Numbered from the stretch's first letter, positions 9,802 through 19,778 are shown. The stretch: 64,000 bases of DNA from Gemmatimonas sp. (GCA_031414535.1 JANNVQ010000057.1:1-64000); one strand, 5' to 3'. Numbers and translations: made by a program. Notes: generated from the sequence alone by a model not told the origin.

Positions 9802-11082
9802 ATGCACATCACTCGCCTCCGCCACAGCCCCGCGCTCGCCCTCCTCCTCGCTGCCTCGGCGTTTTCCGTACAGGCGCAGGAGGTTCGCCTCCAACAGGAT
9901 GACCCTGCCGTCAAGCGTGCGCTTGTGATGGCGCCGAGTCTGCAGACGTGGACGCTCGAGCAGCAGATATCCATTTGCGAGATTCCCGCCCCGCCATTTA
10001 AGGAACAGGCGCGGTCTGAGGAGTTCAGACGGCGCTTGGTGGCGCTGGGTTATCCCGAGGCGCGCATTGATGCCGTGGGCAATGTGATTGCGCGCATCGG
10101 GCGCGGGAATGGTCCGCGTGTGATGCTGGCCGGACACTTGGATACCGTGTTTCCCGAGGGTACGGACGTCAAGACTACGCGTACGGACGATCGTATTGCG
10201 GGCCCTGGGATTGGTGACGATTGCCGTGGCCTTGCGGTGGTGCTCACAGTAGCGCGCATCTTAAAGGAAGCGAATATCACACCTGCTGGCACGCTGTATT
10301 TGGTTGGCAATGTTGGCGAGGAAGGCCCTGGCAACTTGCGCGGCGTGCGCCATCTCATGACGAGCGAGTTGCGCGGTGCAGTGGATTTTTTCGTCTCGGT
10401 TGATGGCAGCGGTGGCGCCGGGATTGTATCGCGCGCGGTGGGTTCGCATCGCTACACCATTTCGTTTGAGGGCCCCGGCGGACACAGCTACGGCGCCTTC
10501 GGCATGACCAACCCCATGCATGCGATGGGACGCGCAATCGCGCGCATCGCGGACTTACAGGTGCCCGCTGGTGCAAAGACCACGTTCAACGTGGGCATCG
10601 TGCGCGGTGGGACCAGCGTGAACACCATCACGCCCTTGGCGCAGATGGATGTGGACATGCGCTCCGAGTCGCAGGCCAACTTGGAAGAGATGGATACGCG
10701 CATTCGTGCAGCCGTCGATACGGCGGTGAAGGAGGAACTCGCGCGCTGGCCCAACTCGCGCGCTCCAGTTACGGTGAAGTACGACACCATCGGCATTCGG
10801 CCCACCGGGGGTCAGGGCGACGATGCGTACATCGTGCGCACAGCCATTGCGGCGGCGCGTTTGCTGGATGATGGCTTGATGTGGACGCCTCGCACCCAGG
10901 CCTCAAGCACGGATGCGAACCTGCCGATTTCGATGGGCATTCCGGCAATCGCCATCAACGGCGGTGGTCGCGGTGGTGGTGCACACGGAACGGAGGAGTT
11001 CTACCAGGAGACGGCGGATAGCTACAAGGGTCCCCAGTTTGCATTGCTCATCGTGACCGCGTTGGCGGGCTTGGCTCGCTAG
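9802..11082 (+). CDS. Exported M20/M25/M40 family metallohydrolase
   Basis: GHLDTVF, GIGDD, GEEG, GGHSYGAFG, STDAN motifs; signal peptide; ATG 9802 follows TAGATT by 7 nt. Confidence 0.88.
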   Translation: MHITRLRHSPALALLLAASAFSVQAQEVRLQQDDPAVKRALVMAPSLQTWTLEQQISICEIPAPPFKEQARSEEFRRRLVALGYPEARIDAVGNVIARIGRGNGPRVMLAGHLDTVFPEGTDVKTTRTDDRIAGPGIGDDCRGLAVVLTVARILKEANITPAGTLYLVGNVGEEGPGNLRGVRHLMTSELRGAVDFFVSVDGSGGAGIVSRAVGSHRYTISFEGPGGHSYGAFGMTNPMHAMGRAIARIADLQVPAGAKTTFNVGIVRGGTSVNTITPLAQMDVDMRSESQANLEEMDTRIRAAVDTAVKEELARWPNSRAPVTVKYDTIGIRPTGGQGDDAYIVRTAIAAARLLDDGLMWTPRTQASSTDANLPISMGIPAIAINGGGRGGGAHGTEEFYQETADSYKGPQFALLIVTALAGLAR

Positions 11083-11093
11083 GAGTGTTACTC

Positions 11094-11606
11094 ATGTCTA
11101 ATTCTTCGTTCGATCGGCGCAGGTTTTTGCGCGCGGGTTTCGTGGCGGCAGTGTCGGCTCTTGGTGCCCGCGAGTTGTTTGCGCAGCAGGGGCGTGTGCC
11201 GCAAGCCTTACCCGTCATGACCGTCTACAAGAGCGCCAGCTGCGGCTGCTGTAAGCTCTGGGTGGACCACGCACGCTCGTCCGGGTTCACGGTGCGCGAG
11301 GTGAATACGGAAGACCTGAGCGGCGTAAAGCGCGAGATGGGGATTCCCGCTCGACTTGCCTCCTGCCACACGGTTGTGGTTGGCTCGTACGTTGTGGAAG
11401 GTCACGTGTCGGCCGACGATGTGAAGAAACTGTTGCGGGAACGGCCTGCCGGGGTGCGCGGGTTGGCGGTTCCCGGGATGCCGATTGGATCACCAGGAAT
11501 GGAACAGGGGCCGGTGTCGGGCTATGAGCGCTATGATGTGATGGCGTTTACCGCATCGGGGGCGACGAGTGTGTTTGCGACGCATGGACCGCCGCGTCGT
11601 GGTTGA
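11094..11606 (+). CDS. DUF411 / CopG-like metal-binding protein with Tat signal
   Basis: DRRRFL Tat motif; CGCC, SCHT, EGHV, LAVPGMPIGSPGME; AGGAG RBS. Confidence 0.9.
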   Translation: MSNSSFDRRRFLRAGFVAAVSALGARELFAQQGRVPQALPVMTVYKSASCGCCKLWVDHARSSGFTVREVNTEDLSGVKREMGIPARLASCHTVVVGSYVVEGHVSADDVKKLLRERPAGVRGLAVPGMPIGSPGMEQGPVSGYERYDVMAFTASGATSVFATHGPPRRG

Positions 11607-11647
11607 AGGAATGCCATCGCGGCTCTTCCCCTCCGCTTCAGAACGGC

Positions 11648-14065
11648 GTGATTAGGACCTTCGCATCCACTCTGTTGTTGTTGCTGTTCACAACTATCGC
11701 AACGGCGCAGTCCCGCCCCAATGGCGTGACGGTTTCCGGCCGCATTCAAGACGCGCAAACCAAAGCCGGGCTTCCCTACCTCACTGTCATCCTGCAAACG
11801 GAGCGCGATAGCGCGTTCGTGACGGGGCGACTGACGGACAGCAGCGGGGCGTTCGTGTTCACGGCATTGCAGCGCGGCGTCTACTTGCTCGAGGCGCGCG
11901 GCATCGGCTACGCGCCACTGCGCCAGCGCGTGCTCATTGGTGAGCTGAGTGCCTTCCTTGACCTCGGCAGCCTGCAACTCACGCCAGTCGCCAACCGACT
12001 CGGCGCCGTCGTGGTCACGACCACCGGCGATGAAGTCTCCGGCGCGATGGACCGGAAGACCTATCAGGTGGCTGATAACATTGCCCAGTCGGGTGGATCA
12101 GTGCTGCAAGCCATGGCGTCCTTGCCGGGCGTGACACTTGGGCAAGACGGGCGCGTGCAACTGCGCGGCAGTGACAAAGTCGCGGTGCTCATTGATGGCC
12201 GGCAGACCGCGCTCACCGGCATGGGCTCGCAAAGTGGGCTAGAGAATCTGCCGGCTTCGGCCATTCAGAGCATTGAGATTATTAGCAACCCTTCGGCGCG
12301 CTACGACGCCAACGCCAGCGCCGGCATCATCAACCTCGTGCTCAAGAAGGAAGAACAGCAGGGGTTCAATGGTCGGCTTGGCCTCATGGGCGGTGCGGGC
12401 TCGCTCTGGGAACGCCGAGCCAACCTTCCCGACATTCGACCGCAATTTCAGTACACGCCAAAGGTGAACCCGTCGTTCGCGCTGAACTATCGGCAACGCG
12501 CCACCAACACCTTCGTGCAGGGCGACTGGCTCTACTCGCCCACACTGAACAAGAACGAGTTCTCCACGCGCCGCTATAATGACAGTACGCTGATCATCCA
12601 GCAGGTGAAGCGGAATCGCACCACCGACTACTCAACGATCAGCGCGGGTGTTGACCACGCCCTCAGCGAACACAGCAGCCTGAGCGTGTCGGGTCTGTTC
12701 AATCGAGAAAAGATCATTGATAAGGGCGACAACCCCTACTTTGAGGGCGATCTCAGCAATCGCTACCGCCTCTGGCAGTTTCTCGAGGACGAAGTGAAGT
12801 ACACGGCTTTTGGGTCGGCGGTGTTGACGCGCCGATTCCGGCAGCCAGGTCACTCGCTGGTGTTCACGAGCAACTACAATTTCCATCGCGAGGACGAGCG
12901 CTACTTCTTCACCAACACACTGCCTGCCTCCACGGGGCAGGATGCGTTCGCGCTCCTCTCGGATGAGCACGTGTTTGATTTCAACGTGGACTACGTGCGC
13001 CCGCTGCGCCAAGGACGCGTAGAAGCAGGCTTCAAGGGCCGTTATCGCTCGATTCCGGTGGACATGCAGTTCTTCCCTGGCCCGCAGTCGCCGATTGATA
13101 GCGGAGCGGGCGGCTGGGCGACGTATCGCGAGCGGATTCCGGCGCTCTACGCGAACTACGTGTTCGAAAGCCAGACGATTGAACTCGAGGGCGGCCTGCG
13201 CGTGGAGACTGTGCAGGTAGACTACGACGTGAACCCCGACCACAACACCTACTCGAGCGACGGCTATCGCTACGTGCAGCCGTTTCCCAATGTGCGGGTT
13301 GCCTACAAGTTCAGCGACACCCACAAGCTTTCGCTCTTTTTCAATCGGCGCGTGGACCGTCCGAACGAAGTGGACATCCGCATTTTCCCGAAGTACGACG
13401 AGCCGGAACTCATCAAGGTCGGCAACCCGGGCTTGCAGCCGCAGTTCACCACCTCCGTTGACCTTGGCTACAAGACGAGCTGGGCGCTGGGGAGTGTGTA
13501 TGCCGCGGCGTATCATCGCATCGTGAACGCCACCATTACGCGCATCGCGACACAGGTTCCCAGCGATGTGTTGCTCTACAACGTGTTCCAAAACGCGGGA
13601 CGGAGCTCAATCACGGGTACGGAGCTCGTCTGGCAGCAGTCACTTTCGCCGCGGGTCACGCTGAGCGCGAACGCCAACGTCTACCAGAACGTGATTGGTG
13701 CATTTACGGTGGTGAATCAGTATCCGCAGCCGGTGACGTATTCCGCTGACCGGCAAGAGTTGCTCTCGGGCAACCTGAAGCTGAACGCCAGCTTGAACTT
13801 GCCGGGGGGCTGGGATACGCGCATTTCGAGCATCTACCTCGCGGCCGATCTGCTGCCGCAGGGACGCATTGGCTCGCGGTATTCACTCGACGTGGGGGCG
13901 CGCCGCAGCGTGCAGCGGGGTCGCGGAGAGTTCGTGATCAACGCCACCGACCTGCTGAACACGATGCAGATTCGACGCCGCATTCGCGGGACGGACTTCC
14001 AGCTGGTGAGTACGGATTACCTGGAGACACAGGTCATCCGGGCTGGGTACACCTGGAAGTTCTAG
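11648..14065 (+). CDS. TonB-dependent receptor / outer-membrane beta-barrel with carboxypeptidase-regulatory-like N-domain
   Basis: Signal peptide; plug motif IEIISNPSARYDA..AGIINLVLKK; GNPGLQP; C-terminal aromatic YTWKF. Confidence 0.88.
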   Translation: MIRTFASTLLLLLFTTIATAQSRPNGVTVSGRIQDAQTKAGLPYLTVILQTERDSAFVTGRLTDSSGAFVFTALQRGVYLLEARGIGYAPLRQRVLIGELSAFLDLGSLQLTPVANRLGAVVVTTTGDEVSGAMDRKTYQVADNIAQSGGSVLQAMASLPGVTLGQDGRVQLRGSDKVAVLIDGRQTALTGMGSQSGLENLPASAIQSIEIISNPSARYDANASAGIINLVLKKEEQQGFNGRLGLMGGAGSLWERRANLPDIRPQFQYTPKVNPSFALNYRQRATNTFVQGDWLYSPTLNKNEFSTRRYNDSTLIIQQVKRNRTTDYSTISAGVDHALSEHSSLSVSGLFNREKIIDKGDNPYFEGDLSNRYRLWQFLEDEVKYTAFGSAVLTRRFRQPGHSLVFTSNYNFHREDERYFFTNTLPASTGQDAFALLSDEHVFDFNVDYVRPLRQGRVEAGFKGRYRSIPVDMQFFPGPQSPIDSGAGGWATYRERIPALYANYVFESQTIELEGGLRVETVQVDYDVNPDHNTYSSDGYRYVQPFPNVRVAYKFSDTHKLSLFFNRRVDRPNEVDIRIFPKYDEPELIKVGNPGLQPQFTTSVDLGYKTSWALGSVYAAAYHRIVNATITRIATQVPSDVLLYNVFQNAGRSSITGTELVWQQSLSPRVTLSANANVYQNVIGAFTVVNQYPQPVTYSADRQELLSGNLKLNASLNLPGGWDTRISSIYLAADLLPQGRIGSRYSLDVGARRSVQRGRGEFVINATDLLNTMQIRRRIRGTDFQLVSTDYLETQVIRAGYTWKF

Positions 14066-14121
14066 CACGGCGCTAGCGGTAGCCGAATGCGCCGTTGCCC
14101 ATCGACGTGATGGTAGGAAAA

Positions 14122-14151
14122 CGAAGAGGTCGTCTTTCGACGACCTCTTCG
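14122..14151 (-). terminator. Intrinsic terminator downstream of the DUF3494 gene
   Basis: Perfect 13-bp stem CGAAGAGGTCGTC/GACGACCTCTTCG; on the minus strand a GAAA loop and TTTT tail. Confidence 0.75.
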
Positions 14152-14174
14152 CACACCACTGAGCGGCTGCGCCG

Positions 14175-15749
14175 TTACGGCGCTGGCCTCACTACGATGT
14201 TCCCAGCGAGACTCACGGCGGTCTGCGCAAGCAAGCGCCCGTTGGCTGAGGCGCCGGTCTCAAGCGTAATGGAAGTCTGCGAGAGAATGATGCCTTCCAT
14301 ATGCGCCGTCGTGCCGATTGACACGACACCAAACACCTGCCAGAAAACGTTCTTTGGCAACGCGCCTCCGGTCAGACGCACGGTGGTGGCAGAGGCCTGC
14401 GTGATGCCCCCAGCAATTTGGAAGATCCAGATATCCGTAGCGCTTCCGTTGAGCGTCACATCGGAGGGGATGGTGACGGTGTTCGACCACTTATAGAGTC
14501 CGGGCGGAAGCGTCAAGCCACCGATATTGCCCGAGCCGAGTTCAGTGAAGTCGGGCGTTACGCGACCTGCCGCATCGGTGTAGGCTGTCTCCATATCGCC
14601 CACCGCGGTCGTGAGGTTCACCGGCGAAGGTGCGGGGTAATCCGATGCATAGATATTTCCCGTCACCTGAGCCGACGTTGAAAACGGACTGGCGGCTGGG
14701 AGCGTGAGGGAGAAGCCCGTGATGAACGAAGCCGCTGCGGGGCTGATGCCGAGATTGCCGGTGATTGCTGACGTTGGGACGTTCGAAATCGCCGACTTCG
14801 CGAGAATGACGTAGGTGCCCGCGGTGCCGAGGTTCACGGCGGCCAGCGTCGCACCCGACGTGATATTTACGGTCGCGGTCGCCGACACCGTGCCGCTCGT
14901 AGCCTGCACGGTGTTGGTGAAGGTGCCCGCAGTGGTACCCGCGGTGAAGAGTCCGCCGGAACTGATGGTGCCACCGCTTGCGACAACCGACCAAACTGGC
15001 GAAATCGTAACGACGTTATTCCCAGCATCACGTCCCACGGCCGTGAACTGCTGGACGGCGCTCTTGGCGAGCACCACGGGGCGGGGCGTGATTGTAATGG
15101 AAGCCAGCGCGCCTGCACCGACCGTCACCGACGCCGCGCCAGAGATCGCACCGCTCGTCGCGCGCGCCGTGTTCGTGAAGGTGCCGGTGGTGACGCCGGC
15201 GGTGAAGAGACCCGTGGAGCTGATGGTGCCTCCACTCGCGACGACGGACCAGACGGGCGTAATCGTCACCACATTATTAAACGCATCGCGTCCCACGGCC
15301 GCGAACTGCTGTGTTCCGTTGATAATCATCGTGCCCGAGCTCGGCGTGACGACGATAGTCGCGAGTGCACCGGGATTGACGGTGGCGGCAGCTGAGCCGG
15401 AGACTGTGCCTTGCGTGGCGCGGACCGTCGCGGCAAACGTGCCGGCGACGGTGCCAGCGGTGAAGAGTCCGGTGCTACTCACGGTTCCACCACCGGCGAC
15501 GACTGTCCACGTTGGCGTGAAGGTGATGACCGCACCCGCGGCATCGCGCGCGACGGCCGTATACTGCTGTGTCCCGTTGATCGCCATGGCTGGCGCGGTC
15601 GGCGTGACAGTAATTGACGCAAGCACTGGCGGTTCGGCTGGATTATCGCAACCAGCACTCAGCAAGGTCGCAGCCACGAGGACAACACCGGCGGATAAAG
15701 TTCGGGCAACCTGCACTCGAGCGGATTGGAACAAGCGGAACGGGGTCAT
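14175..15749 (-). CDS. DUF3494 (ice-binding-like) lipoprotein with 3 Ig-like repeats (IBP-A)
   Basis: Lipobox LSAGC; three 86-aa repeats; VNLGTAGTYVILAKSAIS..GNLGISPAA, DMETAYTDAAGR, LPPGLYKW, WIFQI, KNVFWQV, NGRLLAQTAV. Confidence 0.9.
   Translation of the reverse strand: MTPFRLFQSARVQVARTLSAGVVLVAATLLSAGCDNPAEPPVLASITVTPTAPAMAINGTQQYTAVARDAAGAVITFTPTWTVVAGGGTVSSTGLFTAGTVAGTFAATVRATQGTVSGSAAATVNPGALATIVVTPSSGTMIINGTQQFAAVGRDAFNNVVTITPVWSVVASGGTISSTGLFTAGVTTGTFTNTARATSGAISGAASVTVGAGALASITITPRPVVLAKSAVQQFTAVGRDAGNNVVTISPVWSVVASGGTISSGGLFTAGTTAGTFTNTVQATSGTVSATATVNITSGATLAAVNLGTAGTYVILAKSAISNVPTSAITGNLGISPAAASFITGFSLTLPAASPFSTSAQVTGNIYASDYPAPSPVNLTTAVGDMETAYTDAAGRVTPDFTELGSGNIGGLTLPPGLYKWSNTVTIPSDVTLNGSATDIWIFQIAGGITQASATTVRLTGGALPKNVFWQVFGVVSIGTTAHMEGIILSQTSITLETGASANGRLLAQTAVSLAGNIVVRPAP
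14850..15623 (-). repeat. Three tandem ~258-bp intragenic Ig-like repeats
   Basis: Repeated LA(S/T)IxxTP...QQxxAVxRDA..PxWxVVAxGGTxSSxGLFTAG..GTF. Confidence 0.85.
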
Positions 15750-15821
15750 AAATACTCCAGTGCGACTGCAGTGCCACCGTGATGGCGAGTGTTGTTTGTG
15801 AACACACGGCCTACTCCGTGG

Positions 15822-15866
15822 ACGTTAGTGCATGGGCCCAGTGTCGAGCATCGCTTGAATGGGTGA
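15822..15866 (-). promoter_or_regulatory. Putative activated promoter of IBP-A: TCACC-N9-GATG box + -10 TAACGT
   Basis: Minus strand TCACCCATTCAAGCGATG (15866-15849), 21 nt, TAACGT (15827-15822); same geometry as at IBP-B. Confidence 0.5.
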
Positions 15867-16026
15867 ACAAAGCACTAGGACCTTTCGCGCGAGTAACACG
15901 AAGGGACTAGTTCGATTGAGGGAGTCTTGAGGCGGCCGTTCACGGCCATACGCGCGCGGTGACGAACCACGCGGTGTTGCTGCCGTGGAGCGCCGACGAC
16001 CAACCTGTCTCGCGCTTGCGCCGGGC

Positions 16027-16491
16027 TTAGGCCGGTCGCGGCGGCAATTCGACGATTTCGAGCCAATAGCGCCCGAGCACGTTCATTGCCTCAACCAAGC
16101 CACTAAACGTGACTGGCTTAGAAATAAATGAGTTCACCCCGAGATCGTAGCTGCGGAGGATGTCCTGATCAGCGCGGGAGGTCGTGAGAATGACCACCGG
16201 AATGTCGCGCAGCGTCGCGTCGCCCTTGATCACGGTCAGCGCTTCGCGTCCATCCATCTTGGGCATGTTGAGATCAAGAAGAATGAGACCGGGACGCGGC
16301 GCCGTACCATTCTCGCCAGCGTAGCGTCCGCGTTGGTAGAGATAGTCGAGGAGCTGCTCACCATCTTCCACCACCTCGACAGCATTTGAGACGTGCGCAG
16401 CCTCTAACGCTTGGATTGTAAGCATACGATCGTCCTCGTCATCGTCACAGAGGAGGATCGTAATCGGGATGCGATGCTTGCGTTCTGTCAT
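16027..16491 (-). CDS. Single-domain response regulator (Rcp1-like)
   Basis: LLCDDD, LILLDLNMPKMDG, ILTTS, SYDLGVNSFISKP; ATGA overlap with the kinase gene. Confidence 0.9.
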   Translation of the reverse strand: MTERKHRIPITILLCDDDEDDRMLTIQALEAAHVSNAVEVVEDGEQLLDYLYQRGRYAGENGTAPRPGLILLDLNMPKMDGREALTVIKGDATLRDIPVVILTTSRADQDILRSYDLGVNSFISKPVTFSGLVEAMNVLGRYWLEIVELPPRPA

Positions 16492-17672
16492 GAGATATAT
16501 TCGAGAGTCGGATGCGTGACGCGTTTGACTGGAAGATCGACCCTAAAGGTCGCCCCTTTCCCGAGTGAGCTAACGGCGGAGATTGCACCGCCGTGTCGTT
16601 CCACGATGCGGCGGCAGATTGCAAGACCAATCCCTGAGCCGCCGTATTCTCCGCGGCTGTGGAGCCGCTCGAACATCTTGAAAACTTTTTCAGCGTATTC
16701 CTGTCTGAAACCTATGCCGTTGTCCGCCACGGAGAGTGAACAGATTGGTCCCCGCGGTTTGAGCCACGTCAGGGTTACCACTGGCGGCGTGCCTGGGCGG
16801 CGGTACTTGAGCGCGTTGCCAATCAGGTTTTGGAGCAGCTGCCGCATTTCGAGAGCGTCTGAGTCAATCACGGGCAGCTCCCCCACTTCGACGCGTCCTC
16901 CTGCATCACTGATGGCGGTATCGAGATCCGCAATGACTTCGTGGGCTATTTTTCCAAGATCGGTTGGTACGAATCGTACGACGCGTGTTGTCACCTGCGA
17001 GTAGAGCAGTAGGTCGTTGACGAGGACCCGCATCCGCTCGGCCGCACTGAGTACGCGGCCCAGTTGCATCTGCTGCGTTGCGTCGAGCGTTCCCTTGGTA
17101 CTGTTCGCGAGCTTGTCACCGAATGTGAGAATCTTGCGGAGCGGCTCCTGCAGGTCGTGAGAGGCAATCGAGGCATACTCCTCCAAGGCGGTATTGGAGC
17201 GCTGCAGTTCGCGACGCTGTTCGGCGAGCCGAGCGTCGGTTTCGCGGAGCTTTGTGACATCTTCGATGGCAAGCAGAATAATCCGCGGCGTTCCCGGGAA
17301 GTGCGAGACGAGCCGGGCGTTCAAGAGCATAATTTTCCGGCCGATTCCCGGAAACACGTGATCGACGTCGAAGTCTTCCAGTTGCGACTCGAGGGGCAGC
17401 TTGTCGCGGAGCATCTCGCGAAGCGGCGCGATGTTCCACTGGCCGTCGCCGAGGGCGAAGAGGACAGTCCCGATAGTGTCGGCTGGAGTCACCCGAAAAG
17501 TGCGGAAGAAGGCTTTGTTCGCCTGTGTGACCCGAAACTCGGGGTCGAGCACCAGCAAAGGCTGCCGCACCGTATCAAGGATGTCGAGCAGTAGGCGTTC
17601 GGCGACGGGCAAATAACCAGACACCCCGCCTGTGGGCGTGATGGGGAAGGTCTCCGTCTCTGGAACATCCAC
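16488..17672 (-). CDS. Cytoplasmic PAS-domain sensor histidine kinase
   Basis: PAS (QPLLVLD..VTQANKAF); H-box ASHDLQEPLRKI; NLIGNALKY, DNGIG, GSGIGLAI; GTG 17672 with GGGAG RBS (start uncertain). Confidence 0.9.
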   Translation of the reverse strand: MDVPETETFPITPTGGVSGYLPVAERLLLDILDTVRQPLLVLDPEFRVTQANKAFFRTFRVTPADTIGTVLFALGDGQWNIAPLREMLRDKLPLESQLEDFDVDHVFPGIGRKIMLLNARLVSHFPGTPRIILLAIEDVTKLRETDARLAEQRRELQRSNTALEEYASIASHDLQEPLRKILTFGDKLANSTKGTLDATQQMQLGRVLSAAERMRVLVNDLLLYSQVTTRVVRFVPTDLGKIAHEVIADLDTAISDAGGRVEVGELPVIDSDALEMRQLLQNLIGNALKYRRPGTPPVVTLTWLKPRGPICSLSVADNGIGFRQEYAEKVFKMFERLHSRGEYGGSGIGLAICRRIVERHGGAISAVSSLGKGATFRVDLPVKRVTHPTLEYIS

Positions 17673-17744
17673 AGTTCTCCCGGCTCGTGGCGGCGCACTT
17701 TCCTCCGCCTCCCCTACCTTACGGCATGGGGCACCTTGGGGCAA

Positions 17745-17788
17745 TCACCCGATTGTGCTATGTCCAGTGTATACCTTTACGGACGGTG
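17745..17788 (+). promoter_or_regulatory. Two tandem TCACC-N9-GATG-like boxes in the divergent kinase/LuxR promoter
   Basis: TCACCCGATTGTGCTATG 17745-17762 and ATACCTTTACGGACGGTG 17771-17788, 26 bp apart. Confidence 0.4.
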
Positions 17789-17823
17789 GTGCGCAACTTC
17801 TCCAAATCGACGTAAAAGGCTAT

Positions 17824-18477
17824 ATGCCCCCCAGCAGAAAAATCTCCGTTGCGATCATCGACGACAATCAGATGGTCTGTCACGCGCTGGCTTCACTGCT
17901 CGGCACTCTGGCCGACCTCAAGGTCGTGTTCGCAGGCGGTGGGGACGCTGCGGGCCTCGCCGAGTCGGCGCCCGATGTGTTCTTGCTCGATGCCGGCCTC
18001 GGCGACCGTGACAGCTTGCGCTTTGCCGCGGCCCTGCGCGAGTCGCATCCCACCGCGAAGATTGTGATGATGGATCTTCTGCCGGCGAGCGAGGATGTCC
18101 GAGAGTTCGTCAACGCCGGGGTGGCCGGATTCGCGTTGAAGGATGCGTCCTTCGAGGAATTCACGGCGACCATTCGCGCCGTCGCCTCCGGGCAGAGCGT
18201 ATTGCCGCCGCGGATGACCGAATCACTGTTCTCGCAGATTGCCCGCGAAGCCACCGCTGGCGAGCGCCTGACTGCTCTCGAAGACATCCGAATGACGCCG
18301 CGCGAGCTTGAGGTTATCGGCGTCATTGGCGAAGGCCTGAGTAACAAAGAGATTGCCCAGCGCCTGAACATCGCCACCCACACGGTAAAGAGCCACGTGC
18401 GGAACGTGATGGAAAAGCTCGCACTGCACTCGCGGCTACAAATTGCCAACTACTCGCACCGGATGCAGCGGGTCTAG
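17824..18477 (+). CDS. LuxR/NarL-family response regulator (LuxR-1)
   Basis: IIDDN..FLLD..LKD receiver; MTPRELEV..GLSNKEIAQRLNIATHTVKSHVRNVMEKL HTH. Confidence 0.92.
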   Translation: MPPSRKISVAIIDDNQMVCHALASLLGTLADLKVVFAGGGDAAGLAESAPDVFLLDAGLGDRDSLRFAAALRESHPTAKIVMMDLLPASEDVREFVNAGVAGFALKDASFEEFTATIRAVASGQSVLPPRMTESLFSQIAREATAGERLTALEDIRMTPRELEVIGVIGEGLSNKEIAQRLNIATHTVKSHVRNVMEKLALHSRLQIANYSHRMQRV

Positions 18478-18495
18478 CCGGTTCGCAGCGCCGCC

Positions 18496-18526
18496 TCGTG
18501 ACCGGCGGCTAGCCGATCACGAGGAG
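18496..18526. terminator. Hairpin between convergent genes
   Basis: CCTCGTGACCGGC-ggcta-GCCGATCACGAGG 12/13 stem. Confidence 0.5.
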
Positions 18527-18540
18527 GACGTCGCACTTGT

Positions 18541-18927
18541 TCAGGAGTACTGCAAGTAGCGCCAGAGGCCTATGAGGCCAATCACGCCACCGGTGACCAT
18601 AATGATGGTGCCGCCGTCGCCGCCGACAATGCTACCCACAACCAAGGCAGCGCCACCCAGCACCATCCACGCCACATCACGACGCGTTGGGTTGCTCTGG
18701 ATTGCGTTCTCCAGGCCGGATGTTGCGGCGCTACGAGAAATGCCGACGCTCGTGACCACGGGACCAACTACTGACGCGGTATTAGAGGTCGGCGCCAACA
18801 CGGCGCCCTGAGCTGCGATTGGCGAAGCAGTCGGGATGGTCAATGACTGCGCTTGCAGCGTAGACGTCGCCGCCAACAGTGCGACCGCGAGGGCCGCCAT
18901 TCCGTAAAGCGATGTGATGCGGGACAT
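18541..18927 (-). CDS. Hypothetical exported protein with C-terminal glycine-rich membrane hairpin
   Basis: Signal peptide (LQAQ); WMVLGGAALVVGSIVGGDGGTIIMVTGGVIGLIGLW; AAGGA RBS. Confidence 0.7.
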   Translation of the reverse strand: MSRITSLYGMAALAVALLAATSTLQAQSLTIPTASPIAAQGAVLAPTSNTASVVGPVVTSVGISRSAATSGLENAIQSNPTRRDVAWMVLGGAALVVGSIVGGDGGTIIMVTGGVIGLIGLWRYLQYS

Positions 18928-18953
18928 AGATCGTTTCCTTGAGGTGAGGGTGT

Positions 18954-19595
18954 TCAGTTTCCGGCGCGCGCAGCAGCATTGGCGTAGATCGCTACCTCAA
19001 TGCGGCGATTCGTCTGGCGACCGCCTTCGGTATCGTTGCTGGCAATTGGCTCGGACTCGCCGCGTCCCGAGGCCGCGATGCGGCTGGCCGGGATGTTCTG
19101 CTGACCCAAGTACTGCAAAGCGGCATTGGCACGACGCTGGGACAGCGCTTGGTTGTATGAATCAGAGCCTGAGTCATCCGTGTGGCCCACAATCAAGAGC
19201 TGGGTGTTGGGATACTTGCGGAGACTGGATGCGAGATTGCGCAGGTTGATGGCCGCTTCGTTGCGGATGACGTCCGAGTCGAAGTCGTACATCAAACCAG
19301 ACGCGAAGGTCACGGTGATGCCTTCGCCCACACGTGTGACTGTAGCGCCAGGGATTTCCGACATCAGTTCCCGGGCTTGCATGTCCATCTGGTGGCCAAT
19401 GACTGCGCCGGCGGCACCGCCAACGATGGCGCCAATGATTGCGCCACGAGCTGTGGAGCCGACTTGGTTACCGATGACGCCACCAGCAGCGGCGCCGGCG
19501 GCAGCTCCGATGACACCACCGGTTTCACGCTTGCCCCAACTGGCGCAGGACACCGAAGTGACGACGAGTGTTGCAAGAACGATGTTGCGAAGCAT
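18954..19595 (-). CDS. OmpA-family protein with glycine zipper (YiaD-like probable lipoprotein)
   Basis: GGVIGAAAGAAAGGVIG..GAIIGAIVGG zipper; GHTD..YNQALSQRRA..GRGESEP..NRRIEV. Confidence 0.9.
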   Translation of the reverse strand: MLRNIVLATLVVTSVSCASWGKRETGGVIGAAAGAAAGGVIGNQVGSTARGAIIGAIVGGAAGAVIGHQMDMQARELMSEIPGATVTRVGEGITVTFASGLMYDFDSDVIRNEAAINLRNLASSLRKYPNTQLLIVGHTDDSGSDSYNQALSQRRANAALQYLGQQNIPASRIAASGRGESEPIASNDTEGGRQTNRRIEVAIYANAAARAGN

Positions 19596-19628
19596 GGGGA
19601 ATCCGAGAAAGAAGAAGACTGCTGCCGA

Positions 19629-19778
19629 CTAGAGAACTCGACGTCCGCTCAGGAGACGGAAAATCAGGACAACCAGCGCAATAACGAGGAGCAGATGCAC
19701 GAGGCTCGAGGACACAAACCCTCCAATAAATCCGAGCGCCCAGAGGAGGACGAGAACAACAATGATGGTTTCGAGCAC
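19629..19778 (-). CDS. lmo0937-family (DUF5670) small membrane protein, 49 aa, absent from the ORF track
   Basis: GTG..TAG encodes MLETIIVVLVLLWALGFIGGFVSSSLVHLLLVIALVVLIFRLLSGRRVL. Confidence 0.8.
   Translation of the reverse strand: MLETIIVVLVLLWALGFIGGFVSSSLVHLLLVIALVVLIFRLLSGRRVL

Noticed and set aside
16488..17672. Bacteriophytochrome
   Set aside because: The H-box and partner resemble Cph1/Rcp1, but there are no GAF/PHY domains or chromophore motif
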